This document shows, one piece after another, positions 27,116-36,084 of a stretch of DNA of 64,000 nucleotides; within the stretch, counting starts at the first letter, position 1, and every line of letters begins with the position of its first letter. The notes under the pieces are model-generated. The model was given only the letters and a program-made list of their open reading frames with translations. It ran no database searches and was not told the origin of the DNA. A program made the translations under genes and the position numbers. This stretch comes from Sphingomicrobium sp. (GTDB taxonomy: Bacteria; Pseudomonadota; Alphaproteobacteria; Sphingomonadales; Sphingomonadaceae), in assembly GCA_039915925.1 (NCBI GenBank), contig JBDSMG010000073.1, positions 14,902 to 78,901 of the forward strand, written 5' to 3'.

Positions 27116-29233
27116 TTAGGGTGCTCCGGGCAGTTTCTCCGACTGGAGAGCTTGATAATAACCAAGTGGATGAGCGGGCGCTGAATGGCCCTTCGGAAGC
27201 GGCAGTTGATTGACGCTTTGCCAATAGGCGATCGAAGCGTCGCGCCACCAGATTGCTTCGTCGAGCTGTTTCGCGAGCTTCGCAGCGACGGCCGCGTGCC
27301 GCTCGGGATCGACGAATGGCCGGAGCGCGATCCACTGAGCATTCATTTCCCGGACGTCGGCGACGCCGGCGTCGTAGCGTTCGACCATCGCGTTCCACAG
27401 ACTCTGGCCTGACCGTACTCGATAGCTCCAGGGCAGGTGGTGGAACCACAACAGATAGTCTTCGGATGCAAGCAGGCGCGACCGCACCTGCGGCGCATAT
27501 TGGACGATCGCATTGCTGCCGGTCGCCGTGCGGTCGAAGCCGATTCCGTTGGCGTCGGAGCGATGGTAATATGTCGGGTTCCACGCCGGGGTCGATTGAT
27601 CGGAAACCCACGGCGCCGGGCCGTGATGATGGTTCGTTCCCATCAAATGGGCGAGGCCGAGCGGGGTCATGTAGTTCACAACCGCCTGCCGCGAGCGCAT
27701 CATCATCGCGACCACCGGTGACACCAGGCGCGGATCATTGCTCCAGGTCTGCCGCGCCCATTCTTCCGCGACGGTTCGAGGGTCCGCGTCCGGGTTCCAA
27801 GCAAGCCGCCCGAAAGCATACCAGTTGGCCTGGTCGAAATCGGACCCGCTCCAGTTGCGGTCCGTGCCGGTGTTGGCGACGCCCGCCATCGCGGAGATCG
27901 TGTCCGCGACCTCGGAGGTCGGGCGTGGGCGAGCCGTGCGGCTGCGCAGCACTTCGGACCACAGCGGCCCGAGGTAGGCGAGATGGGTCGAGAAGCCGAG
28001 ATATTCCTTGGTGATCTGTGCTTCGAGGGCGAGCCGAGTGTTGGGCATGGCCCCGAAGATCGGGCTGAACGGCTCGCGCGGCTGGAAGTCGAGCGGGCCG
28101 TTCTTGACCTGCAGGATCACATTGCGCCGGAACTTGCCGTCGAACGGCACAAACTCGTCATAGGCCGCGCGGATACGGTCCTGATTGCGGTCCAGCGAGT
28201 AGACGAACGCCCGCCACAGCACGACGCCGCCATGCGGGGCGAGCGTGTCGGCAAGCATGTTGGCGCCGTCGGCATGGCTGCGGCCGTAATTCTGCGGTCC
28301 CGGCTGGCCTTCGGAATTGGCCTTGACCAGGAAGCCGCCGAAGTCCGGGATCAGGCGGTAGATTTCGTCAGCTTTCGCTTTCCACCAGGCGCGCACCGCC
28401 GGCTGGGTAGGATCAGAACTGGTCAGCCCGCCGATCTCCTGGGGGGCGGAGAAGCGGGCGGTGAGGTAGACGCGGATGCCGTAGGGGCGGAATGCATTCG
28501 CGAGCGCGGCCGCCTTGCGCAGGTACGCGTCGGTTAGCACCTGCGCGTTGGCATTGACGTTGGTAAGTGCCGTGCCGTTAATTCCGATCGAGGCGTTGGC
28601 GCGGGCATAGTCGATGTAGCGCTGATCGATGCGGGTCAGGGTCGCCCAGTTCCACAATGATTTGCCGGCATAACCGCGCTCGACGCTGCCATCGAGATTG
28701 TCCCAATGGTTCAGCATCCGCAGCTTGAGGCGCGGAGTATCGGAGATGTTGAGCGCCGCAAGCGGCTGGCGAATCTGCATCCGGCGCAGCAGCGCGAAAC
28801 TGCCGTAGAGCACGCCGATGTCGCTGTTCGCGGCAACGACGGTGACTGGATGACCGGCGACGCGGCTGTTGCGTATGAGATAACCTTCTAGGCCCAGCTC
28901 GGCGAGCGGCAGTTTCAGCGCGGCAATCACGCGCGAGTTACCCGGGGTGCCGATGAGGATGGCGCCGTCGCGAAGTCCGACTGCGGGCGCGACGCCGACC
29001 ATCGCAACTATGCCGCGGCGCAGTTCCGCTGCCGCGGCGTCGAGCGTCCGGCTATGCGATTGTTGCACCACGGCCGTCGCCTGAGGACGATATTGCTGCA
29101 GCCGGGCAGCCTCGACGGGGCGGTAGCGAAGCCACAGGTCGTAGCTGTCTTCGGCGTAGGCGGGGCCGCCGCAGATTAGGACTATTGCGCAGACAATTTG
29201 TGCAATCGGCAACAGGCGCAACATATTCGACAT
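27116..29233 (-). CDS. aguA: GH67 alpha-glucuronidase
   Basis: MLNHWDNLDGSVERGYAG, FLVKANSEGQPGP, KNGPLDFQPREP, QITKEYLG, YMTPLGL; signal-like N-terminus. Confidence 0.93.
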   Translation of the reverse strand: MSNMLRLLPIAQIVCAIVLICGGPAYAEDSYDLWLRYRPVEAARLQQYRPQATAVVQQSHSRTLDAAAAELRRGIVAMVGVAPAVGLRDGAILIGTPGNSRVIAALKLPLAELGLEGYLIRNSRVAGHPVTVVAANSDIGVLYGSFALLRRMQIRQPLAALNISDTPRLKLRMLNHWDNLDGSVERGYAGKSLWNWATLTRIDQRYIDYARANASIGINGTALTNVNANAQVLTDAYLRKAAALANAFRPYGIRVYLTARFSAPQEIGGLTSSDPTQPAVRAWWKAKADEIYRLIPDFGGFLVKANSEGQPGPQNYGRSHADGANMLADTLAPHGGVVLWRAFVYSLDRNQDRIRAAYDEFVPFDGKFRRNVILQVKNGPLDFQPREPFSPIFGAMPNTRLALEAQITKEYLGFSTHLAYLGPLWSEVLRSRTARPRPTSEVADTISAMAGVANTGTDRNWSGSDFDQANWYAFGRLAWNPDADPRTVAEEWARQTWSNDPRLVSPVVAMMMRSRQAVVNYMTPLGLAHLMGTNHHHGPAPWVSDQSTPAWNPTYYHRSDANGIGFDRTATGSNAIVQYAPQVRSRLLASEDYLLWFHHLPWSYRVRSGQSLWNAMVERYDAGVADVREMNAQWIALRPFVDPERHAAVAAKLAKQLDEAIWWRDASIAYWQSVNQLPLPKGHSAPAHPLGYYQALQSEKLPGAP

Positions 29234-29276
29234 CGATCCTCACCAGCCCGCGTTGACAATCGCAACGGCGTAGCAC

Positions 29277-29290
29277 TGATAGCGCTATCA
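29277..29290. promoter_or_regulatory. LacI-family operator TGATAGCGCTATCA (perfect palindrome)
   Basis: In the 69-nt divergent GH67/GH10 intergenic region, immediately before the GH10 RBS. Confidence 0.85.
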
Positions 29291-29302
29291 AGGGGAGAGA
29301 GA

Positions 29303-30475
29303 ATGAACGTCAGCAGGCGAGATTGCCTGGTCGCTGGCGGGGCGCTTGCTGCGTCCGCCTGCACACAGGTTCGGCCGGCATCGATCGGCCTATCACCATC
29401 ATCATTGAACGCACTCGCGAAGCGGAGTGGACGCCTGTTCGGATCGGCCGTTGCCTGGGGTCTGCCGGGCGCCGACCGCGGCAGTTTCGCCAATCCGGCA
29501 TATGCCGCGATCCTCGAGCGCGAATGCGGCGTGTTGGTGCCGGAAAACGAGCTGAAATGGCAGTTCACCCGCCGCACGCAGGCGTTCGACTTCCGGGCAT
29601 TCGACCAGATCGCCGATTATGCGACGACCCACGGCTTCAAGCTGCGCGGGCATACGCTCTTCTGGTTTCCCGAGAAGTGGTTCCCGCAATGGTTGGTGAA
29701 GCATGACTTCGGCAGCCCGCCCGCGACGGCCGCGGCCAACCTGCTCACCGAACATGTGCGGACAGTTACGCGTCGCTACGGCACCAGGATCTCCTCCTAC
29801 GACGTGGTCAACGAAGCGATCGAGCCCGCCACGGGCCAGATCCGCGACACGGTGATGAGCCGTGCGATGGGCGGCGAAGCGCTGCTGGACCTGATGTTCC
29901 ACACTGCGCGAACCGAGGCTCCGCACGCCCAGCTGGTCTACAACGATTATATGGGCTGGGAGCGGAACCCGGAGGATGAGACGCACATCCGTGGCGTGCT
30001 CAAGCTGCTCGAGGGTTTCAGGAAGCGCGGCACGCCGGTCGACGCCCTCGGCGTCCAGTCGCACATCCGGCTGATCAAGAATGCGCCGGTAGCGGACATT
30101 ATTCGCGAGTCCACCGGCCCATGGCGGCGCTTCCTCGATGAAGTGGTGGCCATGGGCTACGACCTCGTCGTCACCGAGTTCGACGTGAACGACAAGCAGG
30201 CGCCCGACGATATACTCGTGCGCGACCGCATGGTGGCCGATTATGCGCGCGCATATCTCGACATCATGCTGAGCTATAAGCAGCTCGGCGACGTACTCGC
30301 CTGGGGTATGGTCGACCGTTACAACTGGCTGACCGGATTCGATCCGCGTGCTGACAAGTCGATCAAGCGCGGCACGCCCTATGACGCGAATTTCCGGCCC
30401 AAGCTATTGCGGCAGGCGATCGCCGATGCGTTCGCCAATGCTTCTTCCACCCAGGTAGCCCGGAGCGCCGCGTGA
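29303..30475 (+). CDS. GH10 endo-1,4-beta-xylanase, Tat lipoprotein
   Basis: From ATG 29303: SRRDCL...ASAC; VPENELKW, LRGHTLFW, YDVVNEA (acid/base), LGVQSH, VVTEFDV (nucleophile). Confidence 0.92.
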   Translation: MNVSRRDCLVAGGALAASACTQVRPASIGLSPSSLNALAKRSGRLFGSAVAWGLPGADRGSFANPAYAAILERECGVLVPENELKWQFTRRTQAFDFRAFDQIADYATTHGFKLRGHTLFWFPEKWFPQWLVKHDFGSPPATAAANLLTEHVRTVTRRYGTRISSYDVVNEAIEPATGQIRDTVMSRAMGGEALLDLMFHTARTEAPHAQLVYNDYMGWERNPEDETHIRGVLKLLEGFRKRGTPVDALGVQSHIRLIKNAPVADIIRESTGPWRRFLDEVVAMGYDLVVTEFDVNDKQAPDDILVRDRMVADYARAYLDIMLSYKQLGDVLAWGMVDRYNWLTGFDPRADKSIKRGTPYDANFRPKLLRQAIADAFANASSTQVARSAA

Positions 30476-33018
30476 AGATCATCGCTGCCTTGTTGGCCTC
30501 GGCGGTCATCGCCGCGCCGGTTGCAGCCCAGGACCTGACGTTGAACGCCAAGGGCTATTTCGCAAAGCCCGGCCTGAACGTGATGGTCTTCAACGATTAT
30601 TATCCGGAAGGACATCAGACCGGAGTGACGATCGTCCAGCATGGCACGCGGGTGGCGGCCAATGGGGATCTCAGGCTCGATCCATCGCCGGGCCAGTGGT
30701 CGCCGATGCCGATGACGGTGACGCGGACCGTCGATCCAAAGACGAATATGATCAGCCAGACGCTGACCTACCCCAATCCGGAAACCAACCGCCACGGCTT
30801 CAATCCGGTTTTCTATCCTGACCTCAAGCTCGATTACCGCGTGTCCGTGACACCGCTCGCGGGCAACAGCTTCCGAATTTCAGTCGATCTCGACAAGCCG
30901 CTGCCGGCAAAATGGGTGGGCCGCGTCGGCTTCAACCTGGAGCTTTTCCCCGGCCTTCTGTTCGGCAAGAGTTGGCTGATCGACGGCAAAAGCGGGATCT
31001 TCCCGCAGCAGCCCAATGGTCCGGTCGTTCTGACCGGCACCGGATCGCCGGTCGAGGTGCCCCTCCATGCGCAGGCGAATGGGCCCGCGCCGTCGCCGAA
31101 CAATGAGCCGCTGACGGCGCCGCTTGGCACCGGCCGCGTGCTGGTCGTGGCTCCGGACGACGACAAGCAGCGGATGCGGATCGAGAGCCGCAGCGGCGAA
31201 GTTCAGCTGATCGACGGGCGGTCGAACCACAACAACGGCTGGTTTATCGTGCGCGGGACCGTTCCGGCTGGAGCGACAAAGAATGCCGTCGAGTGGATCG
31301 TGACGCCGAACGTCGTGCCCGGATGGAAATATGACCCGGTGATCCAGATTTCGCAGCTCGGCTATGCGCCGTCGCAGCCGAAGCAGGCGGTGATCGAGAC
31401 CGATCCGTCGGACAGGTCGCTGCGGCAGGTCAGCCTTGTGAGGATGACAGCGGACGGCCCCAAGCCCGTACTTTCCGGAACGCCGACCCGCTGGGGCGAT
31501 TGGCTCCGCTACAATTATTACACATTCGATTTCTCGCAGGTTCGCGAACCGGGAATGTACGCGGTCCGCTACGGGGACAAGCAATCCGAACCGTTCAAAA
31601 TCTCTTCCGACGTCTATTCGCGCGGCGCGTGGCAGCCGACGCTAGAATATTTCCTGCCGATCCAGATGTGCCACATGCGCGTGAACGAGAAGTACCGTGT
31701 CTGGCACGGCCTTGATCATATGGACGACGCGCTGATGGCCCCCATCAACCTCAACCATTTCGACGGCTGGAAGCAGGGCCCAACCACACTCACCAGGTTT
31801 AAGCCGGGCGAGCATATCCCCGGTATGAACGCCGGCGGTTGGCACGATGCGGGCGACTTCGACATTGTCCTGCGCTCGCAGATCGGCACGATCTGGCTGC
31901 TGTCGAAAATGGTCGAGGAATTCGGCCTCGATTACGACGCGACCACGATCGACCAGAAGCGGCACCTGGTCGAAATCCACACGCCGGACGGCAGGAACGA
32001 CGCGGTCCAGCAGATTGAGCACGGGCTTCTGACAGTGCTCGGTGGCTATCGTTCGATGGATCGCTTCGCGTCGGACATCATCGACGTCAGCATGCGGCAA
32101 TATGTGATGCTCGGCGACGCGGTGAACCAGACCGACGGTAAAATCCTCGCTCCGGCGGAGAATATGGGTCGCAACAATAAAGGCGATCCGATCCGCACCG
32201 ACGACCGGCTCGTGTTCGTGGATGATAATCCGGACCTCGAGCTGACCGCGGCGGCCGGCCTTGCCGCGGCGTCAAGAGCGATAAAATCGAGCAATCCTTC
32301 GCTTTCGGCAGAGGCGCTTGCTGCATCGCGAAAGGTGTTCGAACGGTCGTTCGAAGCGGCCAAGGCCGTTCCGGTGCGCGTTTCCGTGCTCGCGGAGTTG
32401 GTCGCATCGACCGGCGACCCGGCGTTGGTTGCGAAACTTGTGGCGATGGAGCCCGAAATCCTCGCCAATGTCGAGCAAAGCGCGTGGAGGATTGCGCCGA
32501 TCCTTGACCGCATCCCCGACGCCGGCTTCAAGCAGCGGCTGGCGGCGGCCGTGAAGGCCTATCAGGCGACGGTGACCGAGAGCGCGCGCACGGATTCTCC
32601 CTACGGCGTGCCTTACAAGCCCGACATCTGGGGCGCCGGCTGGACCATTCAGGAGCGGGGCGTCCGCCAATATTTCTTCCATAAGGGTTGGCCCGAGGCG
32701 ACCTCAAGCGATAGCTATATCAACGCGCTGAACTTCGTGCTTGGCGTCCACCCGGGTGAGAACAATGCGAGTTTTGCGAGCGGCGTGGGGTCGAAATCGG
32801 CGACGGTCGCGTACGGTTTCAACCGCGCCGACTGGAGCTACATCCCGGGCGGCGTGGTTTCCGGCACCGCGCTTATCCGTCCCGACTTGCCAGAACTGAA
32901 GGAATGGCCATTCTTCTGGCAGCAGACGGAATATGTAATGGGCGGCGGAGAGACGAATTACATGTTTCTCGCACTGGCGGCCGACCAGCTCTACGGCAAG
33001 GGAGGGAAGACAAAATGA
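30472..33018 (+). CDS. GH9 glycoside hydrolase with N-terminal extension and Ig-like domain
   Basis: Signal peptide; QLGYAPSQPKQAV Ig domain, GGWHDAGDFD, INALNFVLGVHP, C-terminal WQQTEYV; GTGA overlap with GH10. Confidence 0.85.
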   Translation: MKIIAALLASAVIAAPVAAQDLTLNAKGYFAKPGLNVMVFNDYYPEGHQTGVTIVQHGTRVAANGDLRLDPSPGQWSPMPMTVTRTVDPKTNMISQTLTYPNPETNRHGFNPVFYPDLKLDYRVSVTPLAGNSFRISVDLDKPLPAKWVGRVGFNLELFPGLLFGKSWLIDGKSGIFPQQPNGPVVLTGTGSPVEVPLHAQANGPAPSPNNEPLTAPLGTGRVLVVAPDDDKQRMRIESRSGEVQLIDGRSNHNNGWFIVRGTVPAGATKNAVEWIVTPNVVPGWKYDPVIQISQLGYAPSQPKQAVIETDPSDRSLRQVSLVRMTADGPKPVLSGTPTRWGDWLRYNYYTFDFSQVREPGMYAVRYGDKQSEPFKISSDVYSRGAWQPTLEYFLPIQMCHMRVNEKYRVWHGLDHMDDALMAPINLNHFDGWKQGPTTLTRFKPGEHIPGMNAGGWHDAGDFDIVLRSQIGTIWLLSKMVEEFGLDYDATTIDQKRHLVEIHTPDGRNDAVQQIEHGLLTVLGGYRSMDRFASDIIDVSMRQYVMLGDAVNQTDGKILAPAENMGRNNKGDPIRTDDRLVFVDDNPDLELTAAAGLAAASRAIKSSNPSLSAEALAASRKVFERSFEAAKAVPVRVSVLAELVASTGDPALVAKLVAMEPEILANVEQSAWRIAPILDRIPDAGFKQRLAAAVKAYQATVTESARTDSPYGVPYKPDIWGAGWTIQERGVRQYFFHKGWPEATSSDSYINALNFVLGVHPGENNASFASGVGSKSATVAYGFNRADWSYIPGGVVSGTALIRPDLPELKEWPFFWQQTEYVMGGGETNYMFLALAADQLYGKGGKTK

Positions 33019-34133
33019 GGATGGCAATTGCGGCGCTTGCGTTGCTGACGGGCGCGGGGCCAGCGCTTGCCGGGAGCGCAACGCAGGCCCCCTACGGCAA
33101 GCTTAGCGACGGAACGCCGATCAGCCAGACCATCCTTCGCAACGACAATGGGATGGAAGTGCGCTTCATCAGCTATGGCGCGACCATCACCGACATTGTC
33201 GTCCCCGACCGCAACGGCAAAATGGCCAATGTGGCGCTCGGCTTCGGCAACATCGCCGACTGGGAAGCCAAGAACAAGAATTACGGCATGGGCGCGGTCA
33301 TGGGCCGCTATTCGGGCCGGATCGCGGGGGCGAAGTTCACCATCGACGGCAAGACCTATCCGCTTGCGCAGAACGACGGGAAGAACACGCTTCACGGTGG
33401 TCCGGGCGGGTTCGACAGCCGCGTGTGGACCGTTCGTCCGTTTCAAATCGGCAAAGCCGTCGGTGCGGTCCTCAGCCTCAACAGTCCGGCCGGATCGCAG
33501 GGCTTCCCCGGCAATCTTGGCGTTCATGTGATCTACACACTACGCAACGATAACGGGCTCGAGATCGACTATGACGCGCGCAGCGACGCGCCGACGGTCA
33601 TCAACTTCACCAACCACACCTATTTCAACCTGGCCGGCGCGGGCAGCGGAAGCGTGCTCGGCCAGCAGTTGCAGATCTTCGCCGACCGTCGGGTCGACAC
33701 CGATGCGGGCGGGATCCCCTCCGGCAATTACGTGCCGGTTGCCGGAACGCCGTTCGACTTCCGGAAGCCGACAACGATCGGCGCGAACATGAAGAATGCT
33801 GCGGTCGGCGAGCGCGGCTGGAATCACACCTGGTGGCTGAACGGCCAGCGCGGCGACCTCGCCAAGCTCGCGGGGCGTTTGATCGACCCGGTTTCCGGGC
33901 GGACGATGGACATTGTCACGACCGAGCCGTCGCTGGTGGCCTATGCCGCCGGTTATTTCAGCGGCGAGGACAAGGGTGCGCAGGGGACGCTGCTCAAGCG
34001 CCACGACGGGATCGCACTGGAGACGCAGCATCTGTCCAACGCACCGAACAATCCCAGACTTCCGTCGACCCTGCTTCGGCCGGGCGAAGTGTTTCGCTCG
34101 ACCACCATCTACCGCTTCGGAGTAGCGCGTTGA
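33015..34133 (+). CDS. galM: Aldose 1-epimerase with signal peptide
   Basis: From ATG 33015: MRMAIAALALLTGAGPALA; GRYSGRI, TLHGG, NFTNHTYFNL, IALETQH. Confidence 0.9.
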   Translation: MRMAIAALALLTGAGPALAGSATQAPYGKLSDGTPISQTILRNDNGMEVRFISYGATITDIVVPDRNGKMANVALGFGNIADWEAKNKNYGMGAVMGRYSGRIAGAKFTIDGKTYPLAQNDGKNTLHGGPGGFDSRVWTVRPFQIGKAVGAVLSLNSPAGSQGFPGNLGVHVIYTLRNDNGLEIDYDARSDAPTVINFTNHTYFNLAGAGSGSVLGQQLQIFADRRVDTDAGGIPSGNYVPVAGTPFDFRKPTTIGANMKNAAVGERGWNHTWWLNGQRGDLAKLAGRLIDPVSGRTMDIVTTEPSLVAYAAGYFSGEDKGAQGTLLKRHDGIALETQHLSNAPNNPRLPSTLLRPGEVFRSTTIYRFGVAR

Positions 34134-35170
34134 TCAACCCGGCCTATGTTCCGTCTGAAACCCGCTACGATGGCCGAATGCCGTACCGCCGCTGCGGACG
34201 CAGTGGGCTCGACCTGCCGGCGATCTCCCTCGGACTTTGGCAGAATTTTGGCGGAGTCGACGTGTTCGAAACCGGGCGCGCGATCCTCCGGCGCGCCTTC
34301 GATCTCGGTGTGACGCACTTCGACCTGGCCAATAATTACGGACCTCCATACGGCTCGGCGGAAGAGAATTTCGGCCGCTGGATGGATATGGATTTCCGTG
34401 CCTATCGCGACCAGCTGATCATCTCGACGAAGGCCGGTTACGACATGTGGGACGGCCCCTACGGGATCGGCGGATCGCGCAAATATCTGATTGCCAGCCT
34501 CGACCAGAGTCTCAAGCGCTTGGGGCTCGACTATGTCGACATCTTTTATTCGCACCGGGTCGATCCCTCGACTCCGCTGGAAGAGACGATGGGCGCGCTT
34601 GCGCAGGTGCATCGGCAGGGCAAGGCCCTCTACGTCGGCATTTCATCCTATTCGCCGGAACTGACCCGCAAGGCCGAGGCGATCCTCAGAGCGGACGGCG
34701 TGCCGCTACTGATCCATCAGCCGAGCTACTCGATGTTGAACCGTTGGGTCGAACGCGGATTGCTCGACACGCTGGAAGAGCTCGGCGCTGGCTGCATCGC
34801 TTTCTCTCCGCTGGCGCAGGGGCTGCTGACCCGGAAATATCTCCGGGGCGTTCCGCAGGATGCGCGCGCCGCCAAGGCGAGCTCGTTCACTCCTGACATG
34901 GTTACGCCGGAGAATGTCGAGCGCATTCGCGCGCTCAATTCTATTGCTGAGTCCCGCGGACAGACTCTTGCGCAAATGGCCATCGCATGGGTGCTGCGAG
35001 ATTCGCGCATTACCTCCGCGCTGATCGGTGCGCGCACCGTGGAGCAGTTGGAGGATTCGCTCGGTGCGCTTCAGCGGCTCGACTTCAACGCGGACGAGTT
35101 GGCGCGTATCGACCAGCATGCGCAAGAGGGGGGGATCGACCTGTGGGAGCGTTCGTCAAGTATCGGCTGA
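34130..35170 (+). CDS. mgrA: Aldo-keto reductase, L-glyceraldehyde-3-phosphate reductase family
   Basis: YRRCGRSGLDLPAISLGLWQNFG, HFDLANNYGPPYGSAE, STKAGY, DIFYSHR, IHQPSYSM; start placed at TTG 34130. Confidence 0.85.
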   Translation: MINPAYVPSETRYDGRMPYRRCGRSGLDLPAISLGLWQNFGGVDVFETGRAILRRAFDLGVTHFDLANNYGPPYGSAEENFGRWMDMDFRAYRDQLIISTKAGYDMWDGPYGIGGSRKYLIASLDQSLKRLGLDYVDIFYSHRVDPSTPLEETMGALAQVHRQGKALYVGISSYSPELTRKAEAILRADGVPLLIHQPSYSMLNRWVERGLLDTLEELGAGCIAFSPLAQGLLTRKYLRGVPQDARAAKASSFTPDMVTPENVERIRALNSIAESRGQTLAQMAIAWVLRDSRITSALIGARTVEQLEDSLGALQRLDFNADELARIDQHAQEGGIDLWERSSSIG

Positions 35171-36084
35171 GCGCGCTTGCGCTGACATTGCTCCTCGCCG
35201 GCTGCGCGACCGTGCCGCCGCTGGCGAGCGGGCCGGCCGTCGCGATCACCATCGACGACCTTCCGGTGCACGGTCCGATTCCCAAGGGTATGACGGCCTT
35301 GGACGTCAATCGCGAGATGGTCGGCGCGATCAGCCGCGCGCGAGTTCGCGGAGTGATGGGCTTCGTCAATGGCCGCTGGACCGAGGACGATCCGACCGGA
35401 ACGGCCGCGCTCGAGATCTGGCGGAATGCCGGCATTCCGCTTGGCAATCACACCTGGTCGCACAAGAACATCAACGATCTCCCGGTCGCCGACTATGAAA
35501 CCGAGATCAGGCGGAACGAACCGGTTCTGAGTGGCCTTGCAGGCGCAAGCGACTGGCGGTGGTTCCGCTATCCCTATCTCGCGGAAGGGCAGGACCCGGC
35601 TAAACGCGACGCGATCCGCGCCTTCCTTGCTGCCCGCGGCTACAAGATCGCGGGCGTGACGATGAGCTTCAGCGACTGGCAGTTCACGGCGCCCTACGCG
35701 CGCTGCAAGGATGCCGGGAACGCTGCTGCAATTGCCGAGATGGAGCGCCTGTATCTCGATGCTGCGCGCGACCATCTTCGGTACAGCCGGGCGGTGATGC
35801 GCAGCGCCTACGGGCGCGAAGTGCCACTGGTGTTGTTGATGCACGTCGGTGCGATGAGCGCGCACATGATGCCGCGCGTGATCTATCTCTACCGATCGAT
35901 GGGGGTCCGCTTCATCCCGCTTGCGGAAGCCCAGGCCGACCCCGCTTATGCGGAAGAATTGAGCCCGGCGCTTGCAGCACGTACGCAGTCGCCGCCCGCA
36001 CTCGCGCAGCGCAATGGACTTACCGCCCAGCCCCCGGCAGATAACCAGGCGCGGCTCGACGCGATGTGTCAGACTATTCGGTAA
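35143..36084 (+). CDS. CE4/NodB polysaccharide deacetylase-family lipoprotein
   Basis: LLLAGC lipobox; ITIDDLP, GNHTWSH, WFRYPY, VLLMH. Start GTG 35143 is uncertain. Confidence 0.8.
   Translation: MGAFVKYRLSALALTLLLAGCATVPPLASGPAVAITIDDLPVHGPIPKGMTALDVNREMVGAISRARVRGVMGFVNGRWTEDDPTGTAALEIWRNAGIPLGNHTWSHKNINDLPVADYETEIRRNEPVLSGLAGASDWRWFRYPYLAEGQDPAKRDAIRAFLAARGYKIAGVTMSFSDWQFTAPYARCKDAGNAAAIAEMERLYLDAARDHLRYSRAVMRSAYGREVPLVLLMHVGAMSAHMMPRVIYLYRSMGVRFIPLAEAQADPAYAEELSPALAARTQSPPALAQRNGLTAQPPADNQARLDAMCQTIR

Noticed and set aside
29253-29258. TTGACA as a sigma70 -35 element for GH10
   Set aside because: No convincing -10 at 16-18 nt spacing; plausible but not supportable by eye.
35128-35134. 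G7 tract as a phase-variation site
   Set aside because: Short, in frame (Glu-Gly-Gly) and doubles as the likely RBS of the next gene.
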